In this document: positions 20,279-29,468 of the stretch, one piece after another | Layout: each line of letters opens with the position of its first letter | How positions within the stretch are numbered: position 1 is the first letter of the stretch | Made by a program: the position numbers and the translations under genes | NCBI RefSeq assembly: GCF_963970025.1 | Contig: NZ_OZ018776.1 | Location: 58,110-90,109, forward strand | DNA: 32,000 nucleotides | DNA from: Rickettsia helvetica | GTDB taxonomy: Bacteria > Pseudomonadota > Alphaproteobacteria > Rickettsiales > Rickettsiaceae | Reading direction: 5' to 3' | The notes under the pieces: generated by a model | Databases searched by the model: none | The model's input: the letters and a program-made list of their open reading frames with translations, nothing else | What the model was told of the DNA's origin: nothing

Positions 20279-20926
20279 TTATACAGTTATTGAAATCTTT
20301 TTTATTGCATCTTTTACTGAAAGATACGAATTTTTATGACCAGGTATACTACCCTGAATCATAATAAGCTTACGCTCTTTATCAACGGCAAATATTTTCA
20401 AATTTTGAATAGTAACTTGGTTACATCCCATATGACCGGCCATTTTTTTGCCTTTGAAAACCTTTCCTGGATCTTGTCTTTGTCCTGTAGAACCGTGTGA
20501 ACGATGGGATATAGAAACACCGTGAGAAGCTTCAAGACCTCTAAAATTATGTCTTTTCATACTACCGGCAAATCCTTTACCTATAGTAGTTGCCGTTATA
20601 TCCACAAATTGTCCTGCCGTAAAATGATCTACTTCTAGACTTGCTGCTATATCAATAAAATTCTCTTCAGAAATTCTAAATTCTTTTAGTTTAGTTTTAG
20701 GAGACATTTTAGCATTAGCAAAAACTTGTTTCATAGGTTTGGTTACTCTAGATATTTTTTTATCTTTTACACCGATAACCAAAGCATTATATCCATGCTT
20801 TTCTAGAGTTTTATGCCCTACTACTTGACAATCATCAACTTTTACTAATGTTAAAGAAATTCTTTCTCCTTTATCATTAAAAACACTAGTCATCCCAATT
20901 TTTTGAGCAATTATACCGGTTCTCAT
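20279..20926 (-). CDS. rplC: 50S ribosomal protein uL3
   Basis: [16 protein letters not shown]...[16 protein letters not shown]...[27 protein letters not shown] is the L3 signature. Confidence 0.97.
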   Translation of the reverse strand: MRTGIIAQKIGMTSVFNDKGERISLTLVKVDDCQVVGHKTLEKHGYNALVIGVKDKKISRVTKPMKQVFANAKMSPKTKLKEFRISEENFIDIAASLEVDHFTAGQFVDITATTIGKGFAGSMKRHNFRGLEASHGVSISHRSHGSTGQRQDPGKVFKGKKMAGHMGCNQVTIQNLKIFAVDKERKLIMIQGSIPGHKNSYLSVKDAIKKISITV

Positions 20927-21244
20927 TTATTCCCCACTCTCTAATTCAATCACTACATCAACACCTGCTGCTAAATCAACTTTACTTAAAGCATCAACAA
21001 CCGCCGGATTCGGATCATCTATAACTAATAATCTTTTATGCTTTCTAATTTCAAATTGCTCTCTTGACTTCTTATGTACATGAGGAGACCTATTTACGGT
21101 AAATCTTTCAATTTTTCTAGGTAAAGGAATAGGACCATTAATGTTAGCAAACGTTCTTTTAACAACATTAACTATCTCTTTTGTAGCTTGATCAAGACTA
21201 CGATGATCAAATGATTTTAAACGAATTTTGATTTTATTTTTCAT
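20927..21244 (-). CDS. rpsJ: 30S ribosomal protein uS10
   Basis: [28 protein letters not shown]...[36 protein letters not shown] is the S10 signature. Confidence 0.97.
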   Translation of the reverse strand: MKNKIKIRLKSFDHRSLDQATKEIVNVVKRTFANINGPIPLPRKIERFTVNRSPHVHKKSREQFEIRKHKRLLVIDDPNPAVVDALSKVDLAAGVDVVIELESGE

Positions 21245-21269
21245 TCAGTAAACCTAATATTTAAACAGC

Positions 21270-21424
21270 AAGATGTTTTTTAGACATCTTCCTAAACTTC
21301 GCTTCTAGAGGTAATTTGTACGTCGATCTGGTACTCGAACCCTCACATATGTGTATGTACGCTGCGGTTCTGCGTTCCATGTCTCCTTCAAATAGCTAGT
21401 TCGGAAAGATATCTACTACATCTT
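21270..21424 (-). repeat. RPE, family 1, inside the tuf-rpsJ spacer
   Basis: The reverse complement of 6831-6972 aligns here, with identical CTTCTAGAGGTAATTTGTACGTCGATC and shared TATGTACGCTnCGGTTC and TTCAAAT blocks. The terminal arms AAGATGT...ACATCTTCC and GGAAAGAT...ACATCTT are complementary. Confidence 0.75.
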
Positions 21425-21432
21425 AAAATATT

Positions 21433-21464
21433 AAATACCTATTATTTTTTAATAATAGGTATTT
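21433..21464 (-). terminator. Perfect 14-bp palindrome with 4-nt loop, 10 nt downstream of the tuf stop
   Basis: AAATACCTATTATT-TTTT-AATAATAGGTATTT is exact, and one extra flanking T/A pair extends it to 15 bp. On the minus-strand RNA it is followed by AAUAUUUU. The stem is AT-rich, so its strength is uncertain. Confidence 0.5.
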
Positions 21465-21474
21465 ATAAAATCAA

Positions 21475-22659
21475 TTAATTATTTATTTTAGTTACTACGC
21501 CGGCACCCACTGTTCTACCACCTTCACGTATAGAGAATTTTAACCCTTCCTGCATAGCAATCGGTTTAATTAATTCTACTGTAAAAGTAGCATTATCTCC
21601 AGGCATAACCATCTGCTTATCAGCAGGCAATTTTATTGTACCGGTAACGTCTGTTGTTCTAAAATAGAACTGCGGACGATAGTCATTAGTAAATGGGGTA
21701 TGACGTCCACCTTCTTCTTTACTAAGCACATATACTTCAGCTTTAAACTTGTCATGCGGTTTTATGCTACCCGGTTTTGCAAGTACTTGTCCTCTTTCAA
21801 CTTCTTCTCTTTTTGTACCGCGTAGTAATATACCGACATTATCTCCGGCTTGCCCTTCATCAAGTAATTTTCTGAACATTTCTACACCGGTACAGGTAGT
21901 TTTTTGCGTATCTTTTAGACCGACTATTTCAATTTCCTCACCTACCTTAATTATTCCTGACTCTACTCTACCGGTTACAACAGTACCTCTTCCTGAAATA
22001 GAGAACACATCTTCTATCGGCATTAAGAAAGGTTTATCCGTAGCTCTTACAGGCTGCGGTATATAGCTATCTACTGCATCCATTAACTCATTAATAGCTT
22101 TCTCACCTTCAGGCTTTCCTTCTAAAGCTTGAAGTGCAGAACCTTTAATAACAGGTATTTCATCACCTGGGAAACCATATTTTGATAATAATTCCCTTAC
22201 TTCCATCTCTACTAGTTCTAATAGATCAGGATCATCCACCATATCTACTTTATTTAAGAATACTACCATAGCAGGTACACCTACCTGTTTTGCTAGTAAT
22301 ATATGCTCTCTAGTTTGCGGCATAGGACCATCAGCAGCAGAAACTACTAATATTGCACCGTCCATCTGAGCAGCACCGGTTATCATGTTCTTTACATAGT
22401 CAGCGTGTCCCGGACAATCTACGTGTGCATAGTGTCTATTTTTAGTCTCATATTCTACGTGTGCAGTAGAAATAGTTATACCTCTTTCTTTTTCTTCAGG
22501 AGCAGCATCAATTTGATCATACGCTGTAGCTTTTGCTCCACCTGTCTTAGCAAGTACTATAGTTATTGCTGCCGTTAAGGAAGTTTTACCGTGATCTACG
22601 TGACCGATCGTACCTATATTAACGTGCGGTTTAGTTCGTTCAAATTTTGCTTTTGCCAT
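21475..22659 (-). CDS. tuf: Elongation factor Tu
   Basis: 394 aa; [23 protein letters not shown] and NKVD GTPase motifs. Very high similarity to bacterial EF-Tu throughout. Confidence 0.99.
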   Translation of the reverse strand: MAKAKFERTKPHVNIGTIGHVDHGKTSLTAAITIVLAKTGGAKATAYDQIDAAPEEKERGITISTAHVEYETKNRHYAHVDCPGHADYVKNMITGAAQMDGAILVVSAADGPMPQTREHILLAKQVGVPAMVVFLNKVDMVDDPDLLELVEMEVRELLSKYGFPGDEIPVIKGSALQALEGKPEGEKAINELMDAVDSYIPQPVRATDKPFLMPIEDVFSISGRGTVVTGRVESGIIKVGEEIEIVGLKDTQKTTCTGVEMFRKLLDEGQAGDNVGILLRGTKREEVERGQVLAKPGSIKPHDKFKAEVYVLSKEEGGRHTPFTNDYRPQFYFRTTDVTGTIKLPADKQMVMPGDNATFTVELIKPIAMQEGLKFSIREGGRTVGAGVVTKINN

Positions 22660-22749
22660 ATTATTACTCTCTACAATTTTTTAGGTTTAATACAAGTTAA
22701 TTTTTTATAAGTGCATTTTTTTGCTAAATTTATTTGTTACCACTATCTC

Positions 22750-22823
22750 TGGAGCGGGTGATGGGAATCGAACCCACACAGCCAGCTTGGAAGGCTGGAA
22801 CTCTACCATTGAGCTACACCCGC
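22750..22823 (-). tRNA. tRNA-Gly (anticodon UCC), CCA encoded
   Basis: The reverse complement GCGGGTGTAGCTCAATGGTAGAGTTCCAGCCTTCCAAGCTGGCTGTGTGGGTTCGATTCCCATCACCCGCTCCA folds as a 74-nt cloverleaf with anticodon loop CTTCCAA. Confidence 0.95.
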
Positions 22824-22992
22824 ATCGTGGCACTGTTAATAAAATAATTTAAAAGCTATTTTGTTAACAGTGCTATGTCAAATTTTATTCAGATTTATAA
22901 ATATACACAATTATGCTTTATTTTTAAATAAAATAAAACATATATACATGAAATCTTTTAAAAAAATGATATGCTTCCCTGAACCATTTAAG

Positions 22993-23078
22993 TGGTGGAG
23001 GGAGAAGGATTCGAACCTTCGAACGCTTACGCGGGCAGATTTACAGTCTGCTGCCATTGACCACTCGGCCACCCCTCC
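22993..23078 (-). tRNA. tRNA-Tyr (anticodon GUA), long variable arm, CCA encoded
   Basis: The reverse complement is GGAGGGGTGGCCGAGTGGTCAATGGCAGCAGACTGTAAATCTGCCCGCGTAAGCGTTCGAAGGTTCGAATCCTTCTCCCTCCACCA. The anticodon loop is CTGTAAA. It is a type II tRNA of 86 nt. Confidence 0.95.
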
Positions 23079-23268
23079 TAAAAACTTTACTGTATTAAAT
23101 AGACTAATTCACTGTAAAATACAATATATAATTAGTATTAGGACTTAATAAAACTTCTTGCCGAATCATCAAATAAACAAATAGCAGCTTGCACATTTAT
23201 TTAGTTGTAACTTTCTATAATAAATAGTAGCTTCTGTCAAGAACAAATTACTAACGGTTTTCAATAAG

Positions 23269-23991
23269 ATGCAAAATAAAATACTTGATTCTAAAAATTG
23301 TTATTATATGTATGGGAAACATCCTGTATTTTCTGCTCTAAATAATCCAAAACGTCAAATTGAAAATATTTTATGCACTAGGGACATTTTTGATACAAAC
23401 AAAAAATTAATAGGTACTAGATCTTATGAAATTGTTAATAACGATATTTTATCTAAATTACTGAAAAACCAAACACATCAAGGAATAGCTGCAAAAGTTA
23501 GACCGATTTTTTCTTATAATCTAGAGGACATAGCTATAAAAAACCCAAAATGTAAAATTGCGATTCTTGATCAAATAACAGACACACAAAATATTGGAGC
23601 AATTATTCGCAGTGCCACTGCTTTTGATATAAATGCTATAATATTACCTCAAGATAATTCTCCGAATGAAAGCGGTAGCATTGCTAAAGCGGCTTGCGGT
23701 ACTTTAGAATTAATACCTATCATTAAAGTGACTAACTTACGCTCATATATGAATTATCTTAAAAAACATGGCTTTTGGATTATAGGTCTAACAGGTTCTG
23801 CAAATGACTACTTTACCGATAAATTAATTTCCAACAAAATAGCATTAGTATTTGGTTCAGAAGATAAAGGCATGCGAAGATTAGTCAAAGAAACATGTGA
23901 TTATTTAGCCAAAATCCCTATTTCTAAGAGAGTAGAAAGTCTTAATGTATCAAATGCCGCTTCTATAATTTTTCATTCATTACATAAATAA
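23269..23991 (+). CDS. rlmB: SpoU/TrmH-family RNA 2'-O-methyltransferase (RlmB-like architecture)
   Basis: 240 aa with an N-terminal substrate-binding-like region (YGKHPVFSALNNPKR). SpoU motifs are present: LDQITDTQNIGAIIRSATAF, ALVFGSEDKGM and IPISKRVESLNVSNAASIIFH. Target specificity is inferred only from the domain layout. Confidence 0.8.
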   Translation: MQNKILDSKNCYYMYGKHPVFSALNNPKRQIENILCTRDIFDTNKKLIGTRSYEIVNNDILSKLLKNQTHQGIAAKVRPIFSYNLEDIAIKNPKCKIAILDQITDTQNIGAIIRSATAFDINAIILPQDNSPNESGSIAKAACGTLELIPIIKVTNLRSYMNYLKKHGFWIIGLTGSANDYFTDKLISNKIALVFGSEDKGMRRLVKETCDYLAKIPISKRVESLNVSNAASIIFHSLHK

Positions 23992-24222
23992 TATTTTTAA
24001 TAAATCAAATATTGTTTTTTATTTACTTCGATATAAATATTTAGTCTACTAAAATTAAAGTCATAAACTTTTATTATATCAATTAATTTGAGAGAAAAGT
24101 CATGAAAAGGGGACCAAATGAACAAATTATCGAGAATTTTGAAAAACAATTAGACATATTTAATAAATGAACTTATAGCAGAAGAGATAACAACGGCTAT
24201 ATTAAACAATTTTTTTGATAAA

Positions 24223-24555
24223 GTGATCAATAACCTCAAGAATGAAAGATTAATTAATAATACTATATTTGATATATATCAAGGTAAAGCAGTAATTACT
24301 AAACCTATATATTCCGATTATATAGAATCTTCCGAACCTAAATATAAAGAACATTGGCAAAAATTTTATAGTTTTAATCGTAATCTTATGATAGAAAGCA
24401 CATTAGTATTTATTGCTAAGAATCTAAAAAAAGCTTCTTTAACAGACAAATTATATTATAGCTTTGCTAAATTAGCCGAGCAATTAGATTTGAATGCAGT
24501 AAGTGATCATTTTATGAAAAAAATAGGTAATTATATAACATTTAACAATTTATGA
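24223..24555 (+). CDS. Hypothetical protein upstream of fumC (110 aa from GTG; N-terminus uncertain)
   Basis: The ORF ends in an ATGA overlap with the fumC start. A 22-codon ATG ORF (24102-24170, MKRGPNEQIIENFEKQLDIFNK) lies just upstream in another frame, so this may be a frameshifted longer gene. Confidence 0.5.
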   Translation: MINNLKNERLINNTIFDIYQGKAVITKPIYSDYIESSEPKYKEHWQKFYSFNRNLMIESTLVFIAKNLKKASLTDKLYYSFAKLAEQLDLNAVSDHFMKKIGNYITFNNL

Positions 24556-25943
24556 AAAATTACAGAACCGAAAGCGACTCTTTTGGAGAAATTCAAATAG
24601 AAGAAAAATTTTATTGGGGGGCTCAAACTCAAAGATCTTTAGAAAATTTTAAAATAGGCAAGCAAAAAATGCCTGAAATTTTAATTCGTGCTCTTGCTAT
24701 TTTAAAAAAATGTGCAGCACAGGTTAATCATGAGTTTGGTGATTTAGAAGCTAAAATAGCTATAAGTATAGATAAAGCCGCGGATAGAATATTAGAAGGC
24801 GAATTTGAGGATAATTTTCCTTTAGTAGTTTGGCAAACAGGTTCAGGTACACAAACAAACATGAATATGAACGAGGTTATTGCCTCAATTGCCAACGAAA
24901 GATTAACAGGCAAAAAAGGCGGCAAATCTCCGGTACATCCTAACGATCATGTTAATAAAGGACAATCATCCAACGACTCTTTTCCAACCGCTATGCATAT
25001 AGCAACCGTACTTGCAACTAAACAGCAACTGATACCGGCTTTGAATAATTTACTTACCTCTTTGCAAGACAAGTCAAAAGATTGGGATAAAATCATAAAA
25101 ATAGGACGTACCCACTTGCAGGATGCAACTCCTTTAACTCTTAAACAGGAATTCTCTGGATATATTACACAAATAGAGTATGCTTTAGAACGTATAGAAG
25201 ATGCACTAAAAAAAGTTTATCTACTTGCTCAAGGAGGAACAGCAGTCGGTACAGGTATTAACTCAAAAATAGGCTTTGATATAAAATTTGCCGAGAAAGT
25301 GGCAGAGTTTACTAAACAACCTTTTAAGACGGCTCCTAATAAATTTGAAAGCCTAGCTGCCCACGACGCCTTAGTAGAATTTTCAGGAACTCTTAATACT
25401 ATAGCAGTTAGCTTAATGAAAATAGCAAATGATATAAGACTGCTCGGCTCCGGTCCAAGATGCGGTCTTGGTGAGCTGTATTTACCTGAGAATGAACCTG
25501 GTTCTTCGATTATGCCCGGTAAAGTAAACCCTACACAAGTCGAAGCTTTAACAATGGTGTGCAGTCAGGTGATGGGAAATCATGTTACAGTTACTATTGC
25601 CGGCTCAAACGGGCATCTTGAACTTAACGTATTTAAACCCGTAATAATATACAATATCCTACAATCTATAGAGCTGTTATCCGATAGCGTAAATAGCTTT
25701 GTTACTCACTGTGTTAAAGGATTAGAACCTAATATAGCACGCATTAATGATTTACGTGATAAATCTCTAATGTTAGTTACAGCCCTTAATCCACATATCG
25801 GCTATGATAATGCCGCAAAAATTGCTAAAGAAGCATATAAGCACGGAATCACTTTAAAAGAAGCCGCAAAAGAACTCAATCTTTTATCAGAAGAAGAGTT
25901 TGATAAAATAGTAGTACCTGAAAAAATGGTTAGTCAATCCTAG
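24552..25943 (+). CDS. fumC: Fumarate hydratase, class II
   Basis: 463 aa; [13 protein letters not shown] signature and [14 protein letters not shown]. Full-length similarity to FumC. Confidence 0.98.
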   Translation: MKNYRTESDSFGEIQIEEKFYWGAQTQRSLENFKIGKQKMPEILIRALAILKKCAAQVNHEFGDLEAKIAISIDKAADRILEGEFEDNFPLVVWQTGSGTQTNMNMNEVIASIANERLTGKKGGKSPVHPNDHVNKGQSSNDSFPTAMHIATVLATKQQLIPALNNLLTSLQDKSKDWDKIIKIGRTHLQDATPLTLKQEFSGYITQIEYALERIEDALKKVYLLAQGGTAVGTGINSKIGFDIKFAEKVAEFTKQPFKTAPNKFESLAAHDALVEFSGTLNTIAVSLMKIANDIRLLGSGPRCGLGELYLPENEPGSSIMPGKVNPTQVEALTMVCSQVMGNHVTVTIAGSNGHLELNVFKPVIIYNILQSIELLSDSVNSFVTHCVKGLEPNIARINDLRDKSLMLVTALNPHIGYDNAAKIAKEAYKHGITLKEAAKELNLLSEEEFDKIVVPEKMVSQS

Positions 25944-26040
25944 ATTTTATATAAAGATATTAGTTTAAATTATTAATATTGTTGTACAAAATCTTATAAA
26001 TAGGATAATATTAAATTAGTCTATTTATTATATTACCTAT

Positions 26041-26292
26041 GTGAAACAAAATTTATCTAATCAAATTAACCTACCCGAAGCAAAAACTCATTTTTCCGAT
26101 CTAATACAGCGTGTACAAGACGGCGAATAAATTACTATCTGTAAGCATAATACGCCGGTTGCAAAAATTATACCTATAACTCAAAAGCCTAAAATGGATA
26201 ATATAGTAGAGCAAATAAGAGAATTCAGCAAAGGTAAAACATTAGCTCCTTATACTATTAAAGAGCTTAGAGATGAAGGTAGAAAATGGTGA
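26041..26292 (+). pseudogene. vapB: Phd/YefM-type (VapB-like) antitoxin with an in-frame stop
   Basis: GTG-started frame: VKQNLSNQINLPEAKTHFSDLIQRVQDGE-TAA(26128-26130)-ITICKHNTPVAKIIPI...ELRDEGRKW. This is the classic antitoxin N-terminal fold pattern (EAKxxFSxLIxRVxxGExIxIxKxGxPVAKIxP), interrupted by a nonsense codon. Confidence 0.7.
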
Positions 26293-26366
26293 ATTCTAAA
26301 CCGTTTATAGCCGATTACTCCATAACTGTCTCATAGTTCTTTTATGATGAACATGGGGGTTGCTAA
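26286..26366 (+). pseudogene. vapC: PIN-domain toxin (VapC-like) 5' remnant
   Basis: The ATG overlaps the antitoxin stop (ATGGTGA). MVNSKPFIADYSITVS-TAG(26334-26336)-FFYDEHGGC-TAA resembles the VapC N-terminus (hydrophobic-hydrophobic-D-S/T-S...W-hydrophobic-x-x-E), with TAG at the expected Trp. The remainder is replaced by the RPE at 26381. Confidence 0.45.
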
Positions 26367-26380
26367 CTAAATATAGATAT

Positions 26381-26502
26381 CGTCATGAGCTACGCAGTCT
26401 TCGACTGCATAGCAATCCAGAAAATAATAAAAAAAATTCTGTAAATTAGAATTTTTTACTGGATTGCTTTGTCAAAATTTTCAATTTTTCCTCGCAATGA
26501 CG
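26381..26502. repeat. RPE, family 2 (full-length)
   Basis: CGTCATGAGC...GCAATCCAGAAAATAATAAAAAAAATTCTGTAAATTAGAATTTTTTACTGGATTGC...CTCGCAATGACG has complementary termini. It is about 80 percent identical by eye to 29296-29416. Confidence 0.8.
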
Positions 26503-26551
26503 TTAAATTATTAACTAATCTGCAATACCAGATAGATTAATTAAATTTTTC

Positions 26552-26580
26552 TTCACACAGTCTAAATCTTTTATTATACT
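26552..26580 (+). promoter_or_regulatory. Candidate sigma-70-type promoter for ftsZ
   Basis: TTCACA (26552-26557), a 17-nt spacer, then TATACT (26575-26580). It lies about 30 nt upstream of ATG 26612. Confidence 0.45.
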
Positions 26581-26611
26581 TAGACATAAATTATATAAAT
26601 AAAAGATTATC

Positions 26612-27964
26612 ATGGTTTTAAATATAAAAGCTCCTGAAAATATAGTATTAAAGCCGACCATTACGGTTTTCGGCGTCGGGGGTGCAGGTAGTAATGCAGT
26701 AAATAATATGATTAGTGCTAATCTGCAAGGTACTAATTTTATAGTAGCTAATACTGATGCACAATCGCTTGAACATTCTTTATGCACCAACAAAATACAA
26801 CTCGGTGTTTCTACGACTAGAGGTCTTGGGGCAGGAGCTTCTCCTGAGGTTGGAGCACTTGCTGCTCAAGAATCAGAAAGCGAAATTCGTAGTTACCTAG
26901 AAAATAGCAATATGGTATTTATTACGGCAGGTATGGGTGGTGGTACAGGTACCGGTTCTGCACCGGTTATTGCATGCATTGCTAAAGAATTAGGCATCCT
27001 TACGGTTGGAGTAGTAACTAAACCTTTCCATTTTGAAGGCGGTCATCGTATGAAAACTGCCGATAAAGGACTTATTGAATTACAGCAATTCGTTGATACT
27101 TTAATTGTAATACCGAACCAAAATCTATTCCGTATTGCTAATGAACAAACGACGTTTGCCGATGCTTTCAAAATGGCAGATGACGTATTACATGCAGGCG
27201 TTAGAGGAGTAACGGATTTAATGATTATGCCAGGACTTATTAATCTTGATTTTGCCGATATTAAAGCAGTAATGAGCGAAATGGGTAAAGCAATGATGGG
27301 TACGGGTGAAGCTAGCGGTGAAGATAGAGCCATTAAAGCGGCAGAATCTGCAATTTCAAATCCGCTGCTAGATCATAGCTCAATGTGCGGTGCAAGAGGG
27401 GTATTAATTAATATTACCGGTGGTTCCGACATGACCTTATTTGAAGTTGACAACGCTGCTAATAGAATTAGAGAAGAAGTAGATAACCTTGATGCTAATA
27501 TTATTTTCGGTTCAACATTTAATCCGGAACTAAAAGGAATTATCAGAGTATCGGTTGTTGCTACCGGTATTGATGCTGATAAAGTACCGACATATAAACC
27601 CGCAATAGCTGAAACTACCAATACAGTTCCTGCAGAAACTTATAATGAAGCTATAGCACAACCTATACAAATAGAAGAAATTCCTGATTTTAACAGCTAC
27701 AGTACCGAAAATATTGAAATTACCGACTCTCCAATGAATCAAAATTTTATCGGAAATGAAAAGGGGTTACATGTAAATACTTTCAACCAATCTGAAGATG
27801 ACTCACCAAAACCATCATTTTTAGGAAAAATATGGGGTTCTCTGCGTGCTTCAAATAATCAAACTTTAGAACGCAAAAACGTTGTTATTAATACTCTAGA
27901 TCAAGATAATAAAGAGTCTGATATTCATGACATACCGGCTTTTTTAAGAAAGAAACGGGATTAG
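26612..27964 (+). CDS. ftsZ: Cell division protein FtsZ
   Basis: 450 aa; tubulin signature [11 protein letters not shown] and NTDAQ. It has a long alphaproteobacterial-type linker and the conserved C-terminal peptide [11 protein letters not shown]. Confidence 0.98.
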   Translation: MVLNIKAPENIVLKPTITVFGVGGAGSNAVNNMISANLQGTNFIVANTDAQSLEHSLCTNKIQLGVSTTRGLGAGASPEVGALAAQESESEIRSYLENSNMVFITAGMGGGTGTGSAPVIACIAKELGILTVGVVTKPFHFEGGHRMKTADKGLIELQQFVDTLIVIPNQNLFRIANEQTTFADAFKMADDVLHAGVRGVTDLMIMPGLINLDFADIKAVMSEMGKAMMGTGEASGEDRAIKAAESAISNPLLDHSSMCGARGVLINITGGSDMTLFEVDNAANRIREEVDNLDANIIFGSTFNPELKGIIRVSVVATGIDADKVPTYKPAIAETTNTVPAETYNEAIAQPIQIEEIPDFNSYSTENIEITDSPMNQNFIGNEKGLHVNTFNQSEDDSPKPSFLGKIWGSLRASNNQTLERKNVVINTLDQDNKESDIHDIPAFLRKKRD

Positions 27965-27981
27965 ATTAGAATATAAATATA

Positions 27982-28500
27982 ATGTCAGAACAGCATAAAA
28001 AAGAATTATTAGAAATAACTGAAAATTTTCCTGCAGATATTGCATCACTAATAGATTATATAGATAAAACATTTAAATGTCACATTCATGATTTATCTTT
28101 ATCGGATCAAAAAGATTTAAAGTTTTTTATAGCAAAAAGCTTTGCAAATCAAATTGATACTTGTAAAACTAAAGAACATACTCAAAATTTTTTACAAGAG
28201 TTACAAGAGCTACGGGAAGATTTATTTGAAGAGATATTGGAAGATAAGCCTGTATATAGTTTAGACATTGACGGAGCAACACACTATGCCGAATTAGATT
28301 TTACCGAATTAAATCAAAATAATTTTGCAAATATATATTTGGAAAAACAGCAATATAACTCTCAAAGTATTCTTATTTCAAATATACAAAATAATCACAA
28401 TAATTACATATTATTTCCTAAAATTATAAACCTTGAAGAACAAGTGACCATAGATGTATTAAATAATTTATTATTATTAGGTGCTTATAATAATATGTAA
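27982..28500 (+). CDS. Hypothetical acidic protein (172 aa) immediately downstream of ftsZ
   Basis: Intact ATG ORF 17 nt after the ftsZ stop, on the same strand. It is Glu/Asp/Asn/Leu-rich. I recognise no motif. Confidence 0.55.
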   Translation: MSEQHKKELLEITENFPADIASLIDYIDKTFKCHIHDLSLSDQKDLKFFIAKSFANQIDTCKTKEHTQNFLQELQELREDLFEEILEDKPVYSLDIDGATHYAELDFTELNQNNFANIYLEKQQYNSQSILISNIQNNHNNYILFPKIINLEEQVTIDVLNNLLLLGAYNNM

Positions 28501-28762
28501 TTTTTTTGAATCCAATAACGGATCAGAAATATATTTTAGATTACCTAATAATGAAAGGCTTGCCATGAAAGTTTGTAGTTTAGCCTATATTAAAAGAAAA
28601 TAAATTTGAAAATGCTATATTATTTTTAAGTAAAAAAATAAACGACAATGGTGATGTTGACTATAGTGAAGGTTTTAGTGCTGGTATAGCCGATGGCAAA
28701 ATAAATTCTTCTTATAAACTCCTTTAGGCGAGATAATGGATTTTAATTAAAAAAATAATCAT

Positions 28763-29248
<486 letters not shown>

Positions 29249-29295
29249 CACCATACTATTCTTCAAAAAAATTTAATATCTTATATGACATTTAA

Positions 29296-29416
29296 CGTCA
29301 TTGCGAGCAGTCGTAGACTGCGTGGCAATCCAGAAAAAATAATAAAAAAATTCTGTAAATCAGAATTTTTTACTAGATTGCTTCGTCGAAACTTGCAGTT
29401 TCTTCTCGCAATGACG
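29296..29416. repeat. RPE, family 2 (full-length)
   Basis: CGTCATTGCGAGCAGTCGTAGACTGCGTGGCAATCCAGAAAAAATAATAAAAAAATTCTG...CTCGCAATGACG has complementary termini. ORF-track entry 29285..29467 is its translation, not a gene. Confidence 0.85.
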
Positions 29417-29468
29417 AAGACTAACCTACACAACAAGGTCCTTAGTCGCTCGCAGTTAGCATACTAAA

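Noticed and set aside
22861-23148. 95-aa plus-strand ORF
   Set aside because: It reads through the reverse complement of tRNA-Tyr (22993-23078) and AT-rich spacer, so it is not a gene.
25944-26040. AT-rich dyad ATAAATAG...CTATTTAT after fumC as a terminator
   Set aside because: The stem is 8 bp of mostly A/T with a long loop and no clear U-tract. This is too weak to call.
8941-27742. ORF-track entries antisense to well-supported genes (687..872, 2715..2942, 8941..9156, 13068..13268, 13964..14188, 14577..14816, 14761..14946, 15734..15991, 16869..17054, 19987..20178, 21749..22066, 24728..24925, 26515..26793, 27043..27333, 27373..27621, 27530..27742, 29530..29730, 31525..31719)
   Set aside because: Each lies opposite a conserved gene (ribosomal proteins, rpoA, tuf, fumC, ftsZ, nfu, rhlE and others). 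Each has the Ser/Leu/Pro/Ile-rich composition expected from reverse-strand translation. I see no independent support.
29285-29467. 60-aa ORF (MTFNVIASSRRLRGNPEKII...)
   Set aside because: It is the translation of a family 2 RPE plus flank. RPE-derived peptides are only meaningful when embedded in a host gene, which is not the case here.
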